From NCBI GenBank assembly GCA_964019335.1, contig OZ025704.1, positions 1 to 64,000 on the forward strand: 64,000 bases of DNA, in the 5' to 3' direction. The position numbers and the translations under genes were made by a program. Positions within the stretch are counted from its first letter, which is position 1. Every line of letters begins with the position of its first letter. Under the pieces are notes generated by a model. The model saw only the letters and a program-made list of their open reading frames with translations. It was not told the origin of the DNA and ran no database searches. Positions 34,286 through 49,400 of this stretch are shown piece by piece. The DNA comes from Diplonema japonicum. Taxonomy: Eukaryota; Protista; Euglenozoa: Diplonemea.

Positions 34286-37200
34286 ATGTCGAAGCCCCGT
34301 CGTCCGAAGAATGAGTCCGGCCCAGCGCAGAGCGGTGCGTTCTCAGGCCTCGCTTCGCATGCGGACCCTTTTGCCGCTTTTACAAACTTCGGTGGGGTTG
34401 CAGCGGAGACAAGCGAGGGCCTGACGTCAGACTTTGCTCAGGCTTTCAAAAGACTGACCAAACGAGATGCCACCACAAAGGTGGGCGCTTGTAACACGCT
34501 GCAGGAATTGATCAGCACGTCAGACGAGGAGGATGTCATCCAAGCGATACCTGAGATGGTGGCCGCGATCAAGAGGAGATACTACAGCAAGGACAAGCAC
34601 CTGAGGAAGGGGCTGTGCAAGTGTATCCAAGCACTGTTTTCGAGAGGGAAGGCTGTCAAGAAGAAGTGTGTTCCCCAGCTGGGCCAACTTTTGGGTCCCT
34701 GGCTGTGTTTGCAGTACGATCGTGAGCCTGAGGTACGCACCTCTGCCAGCGATGCGTGGAATGTGACCTTCGATAGCGTAGAGCGCACGAAGAGTGCCGT
34801 CGTGCTGTGTGAGAGCAAGCTTGTAACGTCACTGCAGCGCATGTTGCTGATCACAGTAGACCAACTCAAGGACGAAGAGGGTCTTAGGCAGGAAGAAGCT
34901 ATGGAAGTGCTCGAAAACATTCAGACAGCAGTCCTATACGTCTGCGCACACCTTATTGAGCTCTCAGCAGGGAGCGACAACATGGAAAAACTTCTCGCTC
35001 TTCTGGTATGGAGTTAGACAGCAAAGAAAACGATACTAGGTAACGGAGCTCTTTGAAGAGAACAAGCTTTGTGTGTTGGGGGACAGCAAGCTGGCGAAGG
35101 TCCGTGCTGCCGTCTACAAAGTGGTATGCCACGTGGCACGCAACACAATACACAGATAGCATCGTGCTTGCAGAACGCATCAGAACACTTAGAACCATAT
35201 AGCCACCAAGTTGCAACTTTCATGCAGAACGCATTTAGCGAAAAAACGTCTGAAGTCCACGCTGATTTGTGGCCGGCGATGCTGCTGTGGATGAAGAAGA
35301 TGCCTGAGGGGTTGAAGAGCGTTAAGAACGTGCAGGTGACCATCTTCCAACGTCTATTCGCCATGCTGAGGAAGACGAGTGGTATCGCTGGCTCACATGT
35401 GACGTGCAGATCGCTGCTACCCTTTCTCATGCTTGTAGATAACAACATGCTCGCTGCAGGAGATACAACAGGCGCGAAGTTCTGTGCCTTTGCGGAGGAC
35501 TTTCTGATAAGCTTGTGGAACGGAATGCAGTCTAATTCTCTCCCAGTATCGGAGGTACCGCTCCTGCTAGAGGCGTGGGCCGAGTGCTGGTGGTACCTCA
35601 CGTCCAACATCAACAACAGTTTTGTTGCACCCTACTCTACTCAGATAGAGCAACAGATGATCACCAACCACCTCGTACCTGTTATGAGGCAGTGCCTTTT
35701 GTCTCCCTTCCGATTAGGCTCTAAGTACATCATTGAAAAGATCTCGCCTGTGCTGACGAAGGCTAGCACCATGCCGTCCCTGCACCAGCCCTTGCTCGCT
35801 GCGTGGACCACCATCCTGAGCGACTTTGAGGCGGGTGCCGTTTTCTGCGCAGAATACGAACCAAAGAAAGGGAAAAAACTCCTCTATGACTCCCTGCAAG
35901 AATCTGATGTCGACCAAAAGGTATGATATGAAGCATGGCATGAGCATTACAGATGGGTATCAAAAGGCTAGCACACTTATTGAGCGACATGCGCAAAGCT
36001 GTTGCACCGGCTGGGGTGCAAGACTACTTCACAGAGGTAACGCTGCTGGTCGGAACATTCCTCATCAACACTCTTGCTGCCCCAGGTGTGCACGGTTAAG
36101 TACTTAGTTTTTTGACACAAACACCAACACAGGTGACGCACACCTGCCGATCGTGTCATGCTGGAAGGAATGCAAGTGGGATCTCGTGCCTAAGCTGCTG
36201 CTTCAGGCGTACACCAACATCATAAAGCCTTGCTTAGTTAAAAGCCTCAGGGGGGATCCTAAGGGCACCACCTGCGTGGCATCAATGAGCTTCTCGCACT
36301 TGCTCTCTTTAGCTAATGTGTTCCTCTGCGGCAATGACAGCTCCACAGTGGAGCTGCTGCAAGCAGCAGGTGACTGCAAGAACCCTGGCATACTAGCAAC
36401 ACTCTTTAAAGAGATTGAGTTAAGTAGTGAAAGCGCTGTGGTGGTCGCCTTAGAAGACTTGTCGAAGCTCGTGGCAAAGAGGTGCTTCGCAGAACCTGAG
36501 GATTGGTCAGAGGTCTTGGTCAAAGTGTTGCACATCACACCCCACCACGTGGTGGCTGCCTTGAAGTCCATGAAGCAGGCTATTGCAGAATCACCGTGTT
36601 GCACGCTGATAAAGACGTTCCTTACAATTCTGGAATCAGCAAGTCTTTTGCCCGACAACCAAACCTTGTGGGACGATCTAATGACATTCACGATCACGAC
36701 AGTGCTGCAAGGTGGCGTCGGGGAGGAAGTCGCTGACGTGCTTGGCAAGTGGTCATCATTAGTAGCCGCTTGCCCGTCGTCGACAGTCGTAGCAGCCACG
36801 CATGAGCAGCTTGTTAAGTATGTCACGTGCATGCAGCATACCACACCAGGTACCTGGAGAAAGGGGTCGTACAGTCGACTAATGTGTTCAGCAAGGTGTA
36901 CACCCTGCCGTGCCTTCGTGCGTGCATCCTTGACGTGAGCATCCTTGACGCACTGTGGGCACAGGTGACGCTGCGCGGTGAGGTATGTGCACGGAATAAT
37001 CAAAGCAAACCTACAGGCCTGGACACCACTGGTGAAAGACACGGGCATCTTAGGAGGACCTATCCTCGATTATGATGAAGCAACGGGACTAGCATCTTGG
37101 GCCAACGCTATCACAGTTTTCGTCTCTGGCAGTGACAAGGAATCTGCACTCTCTCTCGCCTTGCATTACTGCAAAGCAAAGCTCCTGGCCGATGCTCGGA

Positions 37201-39377
37201 TGGTGAATGATGAGCTTGGTTATGACTGTGCACAGGCATGCGAAGACGTGCTGGGCTGCCTATGTGCTGACGAAGTTGTGGAGCACTGCCTGCATGAGCT
37301 GGACTCCGGCTGCGACGTCAATGCCGCGTGCGCAATTTATATCCTTCGACAGCTTGCTGTCCACAGCGAAGAGGGACAGCTTGCTGTACTGAAAGGCGCT
37401 TTGCCACCCCGACACAACCACGCGCTGTCTGTTCTACAGATGGCCATCTCAGCCCCGAGCAAGTCCGTGCCCGAAGACGCACTGGCTGCCATTACAGAAT
37501 GGTGCTCAGAGATCGCCGAGATGGATGAAGTTGGCGAGCCTGTCGAGGATAGCCAGATTCTCACTGCTTTGATGTTGTGCCTGTGGGTGCCACGAGATGA
37601 CACAGTAGCAGAGATCATTAGCGTCCTGTCTGCAGCGGCACTTGAGAGACTGCAAGCGGCTTCACCTGTTCATGCCTGGGAGCTTCGCCTGAAGTTGTCT
37701 CTTGCCCTTGCTCTATTCGAGAGCAATGACATCGCAGAAGTCGCTCCCCATGTTGCAAACCTCTTCCAAAAATACGCACCAGCTCAGAAGTTCGCGTGGT
37801 CACACTCAGACAGCGCGCAGCCACTGCCAACTGAAGGTTGCCTATACCACCCTCTGAGCCAATTAGTTACTTCGTGCACCTCAGACAAGGTGGACGTTGG
37901 GTCCAAAGCCCTTATCCTGACAGTGCTGATCGACACGCTTGTTGCGATGGGCACACGCGACCTCAAGAGAGACGAGCAGGACGCCGTTGCACTTCTGTGT
38001 GAGTGCCTGGCCAATATTAGCACTGCAGATTTGGGTGTGCTGAGCCCTCAGTGGGGTAGTGTTGTGTGTGAGATGTTCCTCAGCAGTTGCAAAGAGGTCC
38101 TTAGTTACACTGAAGCTGATGATGAAGACACAGAGGAGTCCGTCGCTGAACTGCGACCAGTATCGGGATCTAAGCACATCACACTGGCACTCAGTGCGGC
38201 GCTGGGACGGCTCGACATCGACCAACTTGTTGAAGGTGCGCTCCCTGAAGTGGGAAAGATCTTCATTTCGCAGCTCTTGGAGCTCGGAGAGAGGCTGAAC
38301 CCGCAACCCAAGCCAGTGTCGCAGAACACTTTCAGAACGGTATTTGATGCGCAGCACCGTGTGCTGGCACACACCGCACAGCTGCAGTGCTACCTTGTAG
38401 GATGGTACTTGATCCTTGACCTTCTTGACAGGGTCTTCTATAACGTGTCTGTCGAAGACTGCACGTCGCCCATACGAGGTGCTTTCCTTGAGGAACTGAA
38501 AGAAAACGACATCCTGAAAACCCTCATGAATGTGTTGAGCGGTCTTATGCTTGTCCCGAAGTGGGCAGTGCTGCGGACAATCCGCCCCGACCTCGACACG
38601 CAAGAGACACCTGTTAATGACCAGCGCGACACGCTGCTCTGCATGACGACGATGCTTCCGGACGATCTTAACACGTCACTGCTGCACCTTAGCAGATTCG
38701 GATCGCTGGGCGACGTAGGGCTCAGTGCCGTGCTGGTGTTCAACAAGCTTCTCGGCACTGTACCTGTGTCCCCGAGGAGATGGGTCAATGACTGTGACCC
38801 GTCCCTGAAAGAGTCCATGAATAACTTTGTAGTTACCTACCTGTCACCTGACCTCATCAAAAAAGAGCTGAATTACGTAGTGGAGAAAGGCGGAGGGAAG
38901 CTCACCTTCTCACCGAGCGACGAGCTGAAGGTTCGCGTGCAGCCGAACGCTTGCAGTGTTATCCTCGAGTACGACTACCAGGACACGATAGTTTCAGTGA
39001 AGATGCTGGTCCCCCCTTCGTTCCCTCTAGCATCCATCCAGCACCCCAGCCTTGATGCACAAGTAACGCGGGCTAAGGCAGGGCTGCGGGAGGATGTGTG
39101 GAGGAGGTGGCTCGTTCAGATGACTGCAAAACTCCTAAACAAATCGGCTAGGCTGTGGGACTGTGTTCAGTTGTGGCAGCAAAACCTGACCAAACACTTC
39201 GACGGACAAGACCCGTGCCCTATCTGCTACCAGGTAGTCAACACATCGACCCAGCAGCTGCCCACAATGGAGTGTTCCGGGTGTAAGGGGAAGTATCACA
39301 AGCTTTGCCTCTATAAATGGTTCAAGCAGTCCAACAATTCCACGTGCCCCCTGTGTCGTAAATCGTGGTGCGCCTAG
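34286..39377 (+). CDS. LTN1: E3 ubiquitin ligase Listerin
   Basis: N-terminal KRLTKRDATTK, C-terminal RWD-like region and RING CPICY…C…KYHKLCLYKWF…CPLCR. Introns 35006-35039, 35124-35155, 35921-35952, 36095-36132 (donor ambiguous), 36818-36849 and 36983-37016. Confidence 0.92.
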
Positions 39378-39488
39378 TTACAATCCATCATTTAACGCCT
39401 TCTAACCAACCGGCGTATTGACTAGTGAGATTCCGTTACATTTTCCCTTCCCCCCCCTTTTTTATTGTTTGCTACTCCACATAGGAAC

Positions 39489-40397
39489 ATGCCAAAGCGC
39501 ACGCAGAGCGCATGGTGGGAGGGCCTGGTATTGGAAAATGCGGAGCACTACTCAGGGGAAGCGATGGGGTACACACCAAGTGGTTCGAGGCTTGAGATCT
39601 TGGAAGAAGTGGAAGATGAGAAGGAGCAACAAACGCTACTTGCAACATTCGATGAATGGAGAGCGTTGAAGAGGAGGGCACGCAGGGGAGCCCCTCCCAC
39701 CGTACCCATTGTGCCTACATGGAGGGAATACATGAAGAAGCATAAAGGGTCAAACATTGTGAGGTACAGCAAAACACGCAAACACAACTTATCGATAAAC
39801 ACAAAGGTGTCGTTGTACATGGGCAGCATGCTGGACGTGCTGGTGGACGGTATAGTCAATGCCGCAAACAGCAGGTGTTTGGGTGGAGGAGGCATCGACT
39901 TCGTAGTTCACAAGCAGGCAGGGGAGCTACTTCTAGCAGAATGCGCTACGTTCAAGGGCTGTGCATCAGGTGAGACAAGGATCACAAAAGGCTACGACCT
40001 GGTGGCAGACTTCGTGCTGCACACCGTGGGCCCCATCGGCGAGGACCCTGCTGTACTGCGGTCAAGCTACACATCAACACTCAACTTAGCAAACAAGTAT
40101 CAGCTGAGCAGCATTGCTTTCTGCATGATATCCACAGGCATCTACGGCTACCCACTCAGGAAGGCCACCAATGTTGCACTCGACACTACGAGGCAGTGGT
40201 TGGAGGACCACCAGAAGGAGAAAAGCACGGTACTCAAACACATCACATTCTGTTGCTTCACACAAGATGAACACGACATGTACTTGGAATTAATGCCCAC
40301 GTACTTCCCTCCCCCTTCCTGCGACCATACCATTACCTTCGGCGACGAGCCAGAGGACGAGCCAGAGGACGAGTCAGAAGGCAGCGCTACAGAATGA
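39489..40397 (+). CDS. MacroD-type macrodomain (ADP-ribose hydrolase)
   Basis: IVNAAN…GGGGID…HTVGP…ISTGIYGYP. Confidence 0.92.
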   Translation: MPKRTQSAWWEGLVLENAEHYSGEAMGYTPSGSRLEILEEVEDEKEQQTLLATFDEWRALKRRARRGAPPTVPIVPTWREYMKKHKGSNIVRYSKTRKHNLSINTKVSLYMGSMLDVLVDGIVNAANSRCLGGGGIDFVVHKQAGELLLAECATFKGCASGETRITKGYDLVADFVLHTVGPIGEDPAVLRSSYTSTLNLANKYQLSSIAFCMISTGIYGYPLRKATNVALDTTRQWLEDHQKEKSTVLKHITFCCFTQDEHDMYLELMPTYFPPPSCDHTITFGDEPEDEPEDESEGSATE

Positions 40398-40483
40398 TGA
40401 CTGTCTTGAAACCTTAATCGAACGTTGTCTTATTTGCCGCTGTCAGCAACACCTCACACTGCAATACTCACAGGAACATCTAC

Positions 40484-43400
40484 ATGTTGCGATGTGCTGT
40501 CGTTCTGCTGTTCCTGCACTGTTATGTGTTTGGGCTTCTGACAGAAGAGGCACAGCAGGACATGGGACAGGCCGGGTTGGATGTGGGACATTTTAGCTTG
40601 CAAGGCATGAAGGATGCAGCTGAAGAGCTGGCGTCGAAGGAGTGGCCTGTCGAAGCATCGTGCTTGGCGGGTGAGCATCCAAAAGCGTTGTGTGAAATGA
40701 GAGCAGATATTCTGGAACGTGACGTTTTTAGAAGTGAGACAGCCCAGGCCGGGCGTGTGTTCCATTCTCTCTTTGTCGACGGCATCCGCACTGTTGAGGA
40801 TCTGGCAGACGAGAGCCTGGACAGCATCGACCTCGACCTTGACAAGCGTGAGTTCAACACTGACTTCTGTAGTTCCACCTGGTTTGGTGAAAACTCAAAC
40901 TATGTAGACGATACTACTTGCATCAGCGGTACAGCGTGCAGCCAGCTTAACGGTCCTGTGACCCAAGCGGGCGACGGCCTCACTTTAAAGAAGATGACAC
41001 TCACCCTTGCACACGCTCTCAGCACTGGGCCCCGCACCACACAGAACTTTGAAGCAGCCTACACGTCCTCCCGCATCACACTGAACCCTGAACACAACAC
41101 AGTTGCTGACCTGTACGAGGGCAACAAGCCTTTCCACACTTACCTCTTCTTGCAGCTCGCCTTCCTTCCTGACCTGCACTGGGCATACTACGGTGACAAC
41201 AGCAGCAATTTATTTCTGGGATATAAACGCGACCTTCACACAGGCGACAAGGTGTACACGTACGGCAGCAGTGAGGGGTTGTTCTTCTTTTCTACTGACA
41301 AGAACGGAAAGCCAGTAAGCCAGACAGGACATGACCCCACATGGGCCATGAAGGAGCGACTGTGGTACGTAACTGGCTGGAATGGGCTGGACCCGACTAA
41401 CCCACGCTTCACAACACCGTTCAAGTGGACAGATGTCTACAGTTTCTCCCCCCCTAAGGACAACGACGTTGGTATTTCGTCAGTGTCGCGCGTGACCAGC
41501 GAGGGCGTTGCAGGCGCCGATTTCTATCTAAATGGCTTTGTGCACCGATTCTTGGACAAAGTAAAGCTGCATAAGGACAGCGTGTTCTTTGTGATGAACG
41601 ACAAAGGTGTCCACATGGCGTCGAACAAAGTAGCGGTTACCAACGGGGTCTCTGTGCAAGCAGTCGATGTGCCGTATGCTGAGATAGCGCAGACAGCCAA
41701 GTACCTCATTGAACACTATCCCTCTCTTGTTGACTCGTCGCAGAGTGACTATAAGAAGGCACAGCTTGCCTATGCTAAATTCATGACCATCGACATAGGT
41801 GGCACCACGTGGCGTGTAAGTGTGACGGCCCCGGTAGAGCTCTTCGGATGGTCAGTAACATACATGGTTCCCGTAGGGCCCCACGAGCCCATCCCTTCCG
41901 AGACAAACAAGTGCATCACAAAGATAGGGTGCGCAACATCGGTAGGAGGCTCTGTGTTGGAATGGCGCAAAGCCTTCGCTGACGCTAAAAATACCCACCT
42001 GCAAATTCTTGAGCAGAATGCGCGGGAGGTGGTTCTGTCTATTGATGTGGACCGCGACACGTCATTGGCTCACACATCGACAGCTGCAGACCTGCGCGCA
42101 AAGCTCGACCAGTTCCCCATGGACTACGTGCACATTGTGAACACCAAGACGCGCACGATCGAAGCAGCAGTGAACAGGGTCGCCGATAATTATTATGAAC
42201 TTAAGTGTGTAGACGACTGCACCTCGGGGCAACTTTATGACGGCACAACGCCCGTCGAAGATAACGTTGCCATCGACTGGAAATGGTACGGCCTTGCAAG
42301 CAGGCTCCCTGCCGGGCACCTGAAAGGTTTTCATGTGCTGTACGACCTACACGGTCAGAAGGCACACTCATACGTGCTCATCGATCCGTCGCGGCCGGAT
42401 GTGGTCATCAACGTGGGGTACACATTGAGCACCTACCGCAAGTATCTCTCGACATACGCGAACGAGGGCACTGTGGTCTACGTGATGGACAACGTGCTAC
42501 GGCTTAAGGGTGCCTCGGTGGGTGCATGGCCCCCACGTGCCTCGTCGGATCAGGCACACAAGCACGTTTACGAGTCGGCACGTGCACTGCAGCACCATGT
42601 AGTAGACATTGTAGATGAATACGTCAGGAGCCTCGAGGTGCCTACCGATGAGGGAACCCTCTTTGTCGATTACCGCAGAATGGGAACAGGCCCTTTCCAC
42701 ACCGCACAGTCGTACTCTGTGCTAGTTATAGTGAGACAGACACACCAGGTAGCTGTGTCCAGCCAAGGCCTACCAAAGGAATGTATTCCTTGTTCAGCCA
42801 GCACTGTTAGCATGGAAGTGCGTAAGCAAGTGCTGCAGGAAGCTGTAGACGAGACACGTGATGCCCTCCACACGCCCCCACGTGCTGTGTTGGCCACCGA
42901 CGCCTATATGCAGGCAGGATATCTTGATGCAAGCGACCCCGCTGCGATGTTGAAGCACTTCAAAAAACAGCTGAACACTTACAGCGCCACCCTGTCATGG
43001 GTGGGCATCTACGACGTCGCTACCTTCTCCTTCATAGGCACCCTTGACAGCGGGAAGCAGGAAAACACAGCACTAGGCGCATTGTGGATGACCAGGGGGA
43101 CAGCCATGTACAAAGAACGAGACGATGTCCCTCCTAAAGACTTGTGGGCGTGGAGCGCTATGGAAACGATTGGTACAGAGGTCATGATGCTGGCAGTGCG
43201 CCCCGTCATCCGGGACGACTCTATGGTGGGGGTGCTTGTGGCGGGTGTGTCGCTTGCGAAGATCAAAAACAGCGCCTTCAAACATTTGTCAACGGAGCAC
43301 ATTGTAGTGCTCAGTGCGACAGGCACTCCTCTGTTCTCCACGATGCCGGACGCTGACGCGCAGCAGATGGCGGAGAAGTACACTAAGCTGTACCCGGCTA

Positions 43401-46400
43401 CGGAATTCAGCTGGACCACCGAAGGGGTCGTAACACACAAGGCGTTGGCGAACGGCACGCTCACTGTGTATGGTGATTCGGAGATTGTGCATATGTCGGA
43501 AGGCTGGGCACATAATAAGAACAAAGTTAGGTACAGTATCAGGTGGAGGGCTGTGTCATCGGCCATTGAAGAGTACAAAGAAGGTGTTTGCGTGCAAAAT
43601 GCCGAGTGCGGAACACTAATTGAGCAGCGTCTGGTCAGTCTGCGCAGCAAGGTGCTCCCCCTCATGGAAGAGGCACTTCGTGTTGACGAAGCACGCATCA
43701 AAGAGTGCGTCACAATGGAGTTCGCAGACCACTATGTTAACATTTTCCTTCAGAATACGCTCACCAACGTGAACAAGCACAAAGCAATGAAGTTCCTTGC
43801 GTACCACCTCACGCTGTTCCCTGAGGTTAGTTACCTAGCCCTGCACTCTACGAACCACAACGACAGGTTCATTAGTTTATACAGAAAGGAAGGCTCTCCT
43901 AACGAGTTCCGCGCGTGGTACTGCTGGGCGCACAAGTGTCATGTCAATAAGATCTCGCAGACGGGTGAGCTGGGCTCGATCCTCCTAGGGCACGGCATAG
44001 ATCTGTCTCAAGGCACTATTGAGTACTGGGACTTGTACATTGCGCAAAAAACAAAGATAACGGAGCAAGTGAATAGCGGCAAGCTTGTGTTCAAAGCAGG
44101 TGGGTTCAGCAGCACTGAGCTTGTTGAGAAGCTAAAAAGTGTGGACATGGTGGGAGGATCTGTGCTCTACTTACACGACAAAACCACCAGCGAGGTCATC
44201 GCCAATAGAGGGGATGCTGACGATCTCGTGCAGACAAGCAAGAGTCTTACTGTGAGTCCTACAAGCAGCATCAAGACCATATCCCACGCTCTTGCTGGTG
44301 TTCCCTATGAAATCTCTTACATGGCTTACCGAAACTGGGTACTGGTTGTCGTACAGCAGAAGGAAAACACCGACAAGGTCAATTTCGATGTCACCCTTGC
44401 TCACAACCCCACCTGCTCGGAGCAGGGGCTCTGCGCAGAGCAAATCGACGACCTGCGCGAGTTGGATTACACAGCGAAGGCCGACTTCATAGCCATACGC
44501 ACAGCACGCTATTTCAAGCTGCTGCAGTCAGCTATTGCTCAACTCCCAGTATCTACATGGCTGGCCTCCCCTCTGGGGGAGATCTTCAGCTCAACGGCTG
44601 AGTACGTGAAAACGATGCAATACCACGTGGCCGGCTCTAAGAGTATCAGTGCTGCGTACCTCACTGATGGAACGGTGCACTGCTACATCAGCGATGCGAC
44701 CGTCGTATGGCAGAACAGCACAGGTGTCTACGAAGGGAGTAGCGTTACATCGACCCTGGCCCCCATCGAGGAGTGGAACCCCCCCGACGTTGGCCATGCT
44801 GCGGGGTGGATAGTTACATCGGATGCTATTTCCGTCAGGGCAGACGCAGGCGAAGGGAGCGTTGCAATCATCAGCAATGCCGAGCTTCTTGTCGGCAACG
44901 TGCTAGAACCCTTCGAAGGTGCTGTGCTGCTGCCCAGCGGTGCCACTGTTGCGAGCAATACGATCTGCCAGAATGCCCTGAAGGACCTCACCGACACCAC
45001 ACTGCTGGCAAACGTGAAGGCAGATCTCGACGTCAGCATACGTGGGCAATGCGCTTTAGACGCACGCACTGTGCGGGGTGCGCACCCAGAGGTGGTGGTC
45101 CTTAGCATGGAGTCCGATGTGCACGCGAATGACTATCCCAACGTGGCCGGTGCATATGGGTGCGTCACTTGGGAGGCGTGCAGTGCTGCAGCTGAAACAG
45201 CGAGAATTAAGCTCATGGACACGATTGTGAGGCACGTCTTTTCCGAGTACAAAGTAGCCGAGGCCGAGTTCCGGAGGCTATCATCGGCCGTGTCCATTAA
45301 CGAACAGCTAGTTACAGCGCACCACATCACGTGGATAGCCGACGTGTCCAACGGGTTCAGAGGTTTCCTTAATAACAAAACAAACGACAAGATCTACAAC
45401 TTGGAGTGCTTGAGCCCTGCATGCACCACTATAGGTGTGTGGGCTCAGCTGTCGGAAGTCGCAACCATGGACCCTCTATATACCTTCGAGGCTCCTGTGC
45501 TTGTCGACGGCGAGATCACGGCGACTGCCGATTACATCTACTTCAAGAAAGGCAAGCTGGCAGCCGCTGTGCCCCTCTCATCTCTTGCTTACGGTGTGGA
45601 TGGCTATAGTAAGGTGCAATTCGAGCATGACACCGTGCAGCGCGATACGATCAAGGAGGGCGATGTCGTGCACAGAACTGTTGGCCCCACCACGACTGTG
45701 ACCGTGAAAGCAGGTGATGTTTTGATACAAGTGCAGCACACGGCATCCTTTTTCGTCGCCACAGGGACTTCTGCCCCATGTGTCGTGGATTGTGAAAAGG
45801 AACTCCGCCTCTTCGAGGGTGTCGACCTCTCTGCAAAGGCGGCGGTCGTAAAGCTCCAGCAAACCCTCAAGATCTACGATGCGAGGCTAGCGATACTCGG
45901 CAACGGCCTAACCGCTACCGCTGCTGGCGACATTGATGTCGAAGCCGAGCTGCTGTGCTCCTTCTTCCCACAAGGCGATGTGAGTGTGGGATGGTATAAC
46001 GGGACCGTGGTGCATCAGTGTGAGAGGAGAAAGAATAAAATTAAAACGAGTACCACCACTGACACCCACTCCACTTGGATGAGGAACAACGTGTACAAAG
46101 GCCGCCTGTGGTTTACCAAGACCCTCAATGTGGGTATCGTGGCTATTAAGGTGGACGAAATTGACGTCTCGCTTACCTACCTGGCGCCCGCGCTTTCTAT
46201 GGAAATCGGCCTCAAACGTAATGGAGTGCTAGTCCTAGGCGCCGAGAAAGCACACAATGTTGAGATATCGATCCCCGCCATGACGACAGGAAGCACATTT
46301 TGGGCCATTTCAGCAACGGCGGTTGAAAGGGCAATCCTAAGGCCCCCCAATTACATTGGGTGCTTCACACAACTGGCTTGTGAATGTGAAAAGAGTAGTT

Positions 46401-49400
46401 TCACAAGAGATTTCAGCACAACTGTTAGCACCCTTCAGCAGCAAGTCTCTGACAGTATAGTGACCACCGTGCAGAGTGCTGCTAAGAGTATCAGCGATGC
46501 GCCCAACCAGATATTCACCATTGCTTCGCACGCATTGGACCAAGCTTTCATAATGGAGGCGGCCAAGGAGGCGTACACGGGGTACATCAGGAGGGATAGC
46601 TCCCTTGTCTCTGTTTCGTGTAGCAGCACTGCCTGTACCGCGCTGGCTGTCACCGCAGACGGTGAGTCATATGGCGAGCCCTTGTCTGTAAGAGACATCC
46701 CAACATACACGCAACTCGTATCAAGACTGGGTGACAGCTTGCTTTATGACGGCCGCAAGGGGTACCTCACGGTAACTGAGGGAACAATACAAATTGTTGC
46801 CGGTGTTTCATTCGACACTTTGGTGGAAGCACTCACGTCGCTCGAGGAAGCGATACCGGAGGGAAGCACCATGTTCTTGGTAGATCAAAAGTCCGGCAGC
46901 CTCCTCCAGCAGTACTCAAACAATGAAAAAGTGAAGACCCTCGAGACCAAGTGTCGCGACGCTATCTACGGTGCTAAGCCAGAGTCCTGCATCAATGGGG
47001 ACAGCGCTTACTCTGTGTCGAAGGTACAGGGAGGCAGTGACGTGGCCATCGTCACATTTATTTACAGGCCTTCGAAAGAGCTATCGAAGGACTCCTCCAC
47101 AGTGGTAGCTCTCCTTCAGAGAGTGGAAAACGACTTTGAGAAACTCGGCCCTACGGCGTTTTCCCTCTATTACCAGTCGTCTCTAGGGAATATTGTCGGC
47201 ATCATGGGCAGGAATCCAGGTATCTTTGCGAAGATAGACGTAAAGGCCGTCCTGGAAGTGCACCGTAAGGCACAGAGGCAAAAGACATGGTGGCTGGAGG
47301 TGAGGGCCGACAAGAACAACATCATCTTGAGGCGGGGTGTGAACAGAGGTGGAAAATTCATTGGCTTAGTGACAGTGGTGTATGAACTGGGCAAAGAAAT
47401 GAACAACAGATTGAAAAGCTATCATGGAGGGTCGATGTATGTTTTCAGCCAAGACGGCATCTTCTTGGGTACAAGTGCCGACACCAGTGACCCCAGCTAC
47501 AGTTTTGCTACCTTCAATTTGGTAGAAGTTCACCGACCTTCGCTGTACACACTCGGCAAACATAGTGGTCAGCGGCAGGCATACATGTCCTTTGTAGACC
47601 CTGTCTTCATTGTGGTGAGCAACGCAGTGACACGGCCCACAACGCCCTGCCTGTCTGCTAGTGGGTGTGAGCTGATAATAAGTTCGATGACGACACGCGA
47701 GATGCGAGTACTGCTGCTTAGCTCTATGGAGAGCACATTCCTGTCAATGGATGCCGCAGAGTCTCTGTTGAACTCTTTGCAGTGGTACGTGAACAGCACT
47801 GTGTTGGGTGGCTTCCTGAAGAATATCAGGAAGCACGAGTCAGATGTGTTGAAGATACTACAGACGCGGGGCGAGATCTATGGTGTGGACTCTGTGATGG
47901 TGGACGTGGGGTACCCTCTGGGGGTGCAGAAACGTGACGAGGTGACACACACCAGGAGGTGTAGTGCCTTCGTGGACGGGTCTGACGTGTGCAGGACGAC
48001 CTCTCTGTACGACAATGCGGGAAACGTTGTGGAGACAACCCCAGTGAAGCTCGTGAGGGACGCCAGCACAGCGCAGGACACGACTTCATGGACGCTCAAG
48101 CAGATAACTGGCATTTTCATCGAAGCTGCCTACGGTGTCTTCAGCATAGGCAGCTTCGTTCCCGCACAAGTGAGCATCGTGGTGGACCCTGCCACTGACA
48201 CGCTGCTTAAGGACAGCGGCATGGGTGCAGACGTACTGGCGCACATGCAGAGCACAGGGTACAAGACTGCCACAGGGCTCACTGAAGGAGTCATCCCGAC
48301 AAAGGAGGTTGCATACATGTTCACACCGGTTGCGAGAGGAGAAGTGAAATTGTTTTACGTTATAGTTAAAAAGATTGAAAAACTACCAGGACAAGACGTG
48401 AGTCCTACAGTTGCGGGGGCAGTACCTGACATTCTACACTACCTGGAGAACAATCCGTGGATCGCGTACATGTCCTTCACCAGCAACAACGACACAGTGG
48501 GTGTGACAAAGGACATGCACCTCACGGCTGCGCCAGACGCGACGGACCCTGAAAACGGCTGGGCTAGGCTCGTGGAGGGGAGGTTGGCATACTGCATGCC
48601 AAAGGCAACGACCCCCCAGGGTGTCGTGTGTGCTTCAAGGGACACGAGCGATGTCAGCAACGATATGGCGTTGTGGGGGACCGGGTACCTCATGCTGACG
48701 CATCCCGAGGGTGACACTGTGCACCCCAAAGCCTCTGAGGTGTATACTACGCTGCAAGAGTATGAGGTGCACACCAACACAGACATAGTCCACCACCCGG
48801 CAGAAGACCTCTATGTAACAATGGACTCCTCTCAGTACGCCCCGTGGGTCATGCGTTACGCGAGCAGAATGCCTTCCGCTCCAAGGCATGCTTCTGATGC
48901 CGCGAAGGTGACGTCAGCTGTAATGGCAGCCCGACTGGCAGAACGAGCTGCAACCGTCATCTTAGCGCGTGACACCTTCAGCACATGGGGGATGCAGAAG
49001 CTGCAAGACACGCCACAGTTGATGTTTATTGGTAGGAGCAAGGGTTCTGGCTACCTGCGGGACCCAGATAATGCTGGAGAGGTGCTGTTCGTCGGGTGTC
49101 GCGACAAGAACATGGAGTGCGGTGTACTGCAGCTGTGGAAACTCAACCAGGCGACGGGCGACGTCACAGGGCTGGCAGGCGCGCTCCCCCCCTTTACAAC
49201 AGACCCCCTCACGTGCAAGCTGGGTGACACTGTCAGCAGGGCATTCTCGAACTTTGCAGAAAACCCCGCCGCGCCCACCGTCGTCTGCAGCATGCCGCCC
49301 CCGCAAGGTGTGCTGCTGCTGATAGCGGACCAGGAAGAAAACCTGCTGGTTGGCGGTAGAAATGCCGATGTGGACAACCAGGCAAGGGAGGACTTGTCAG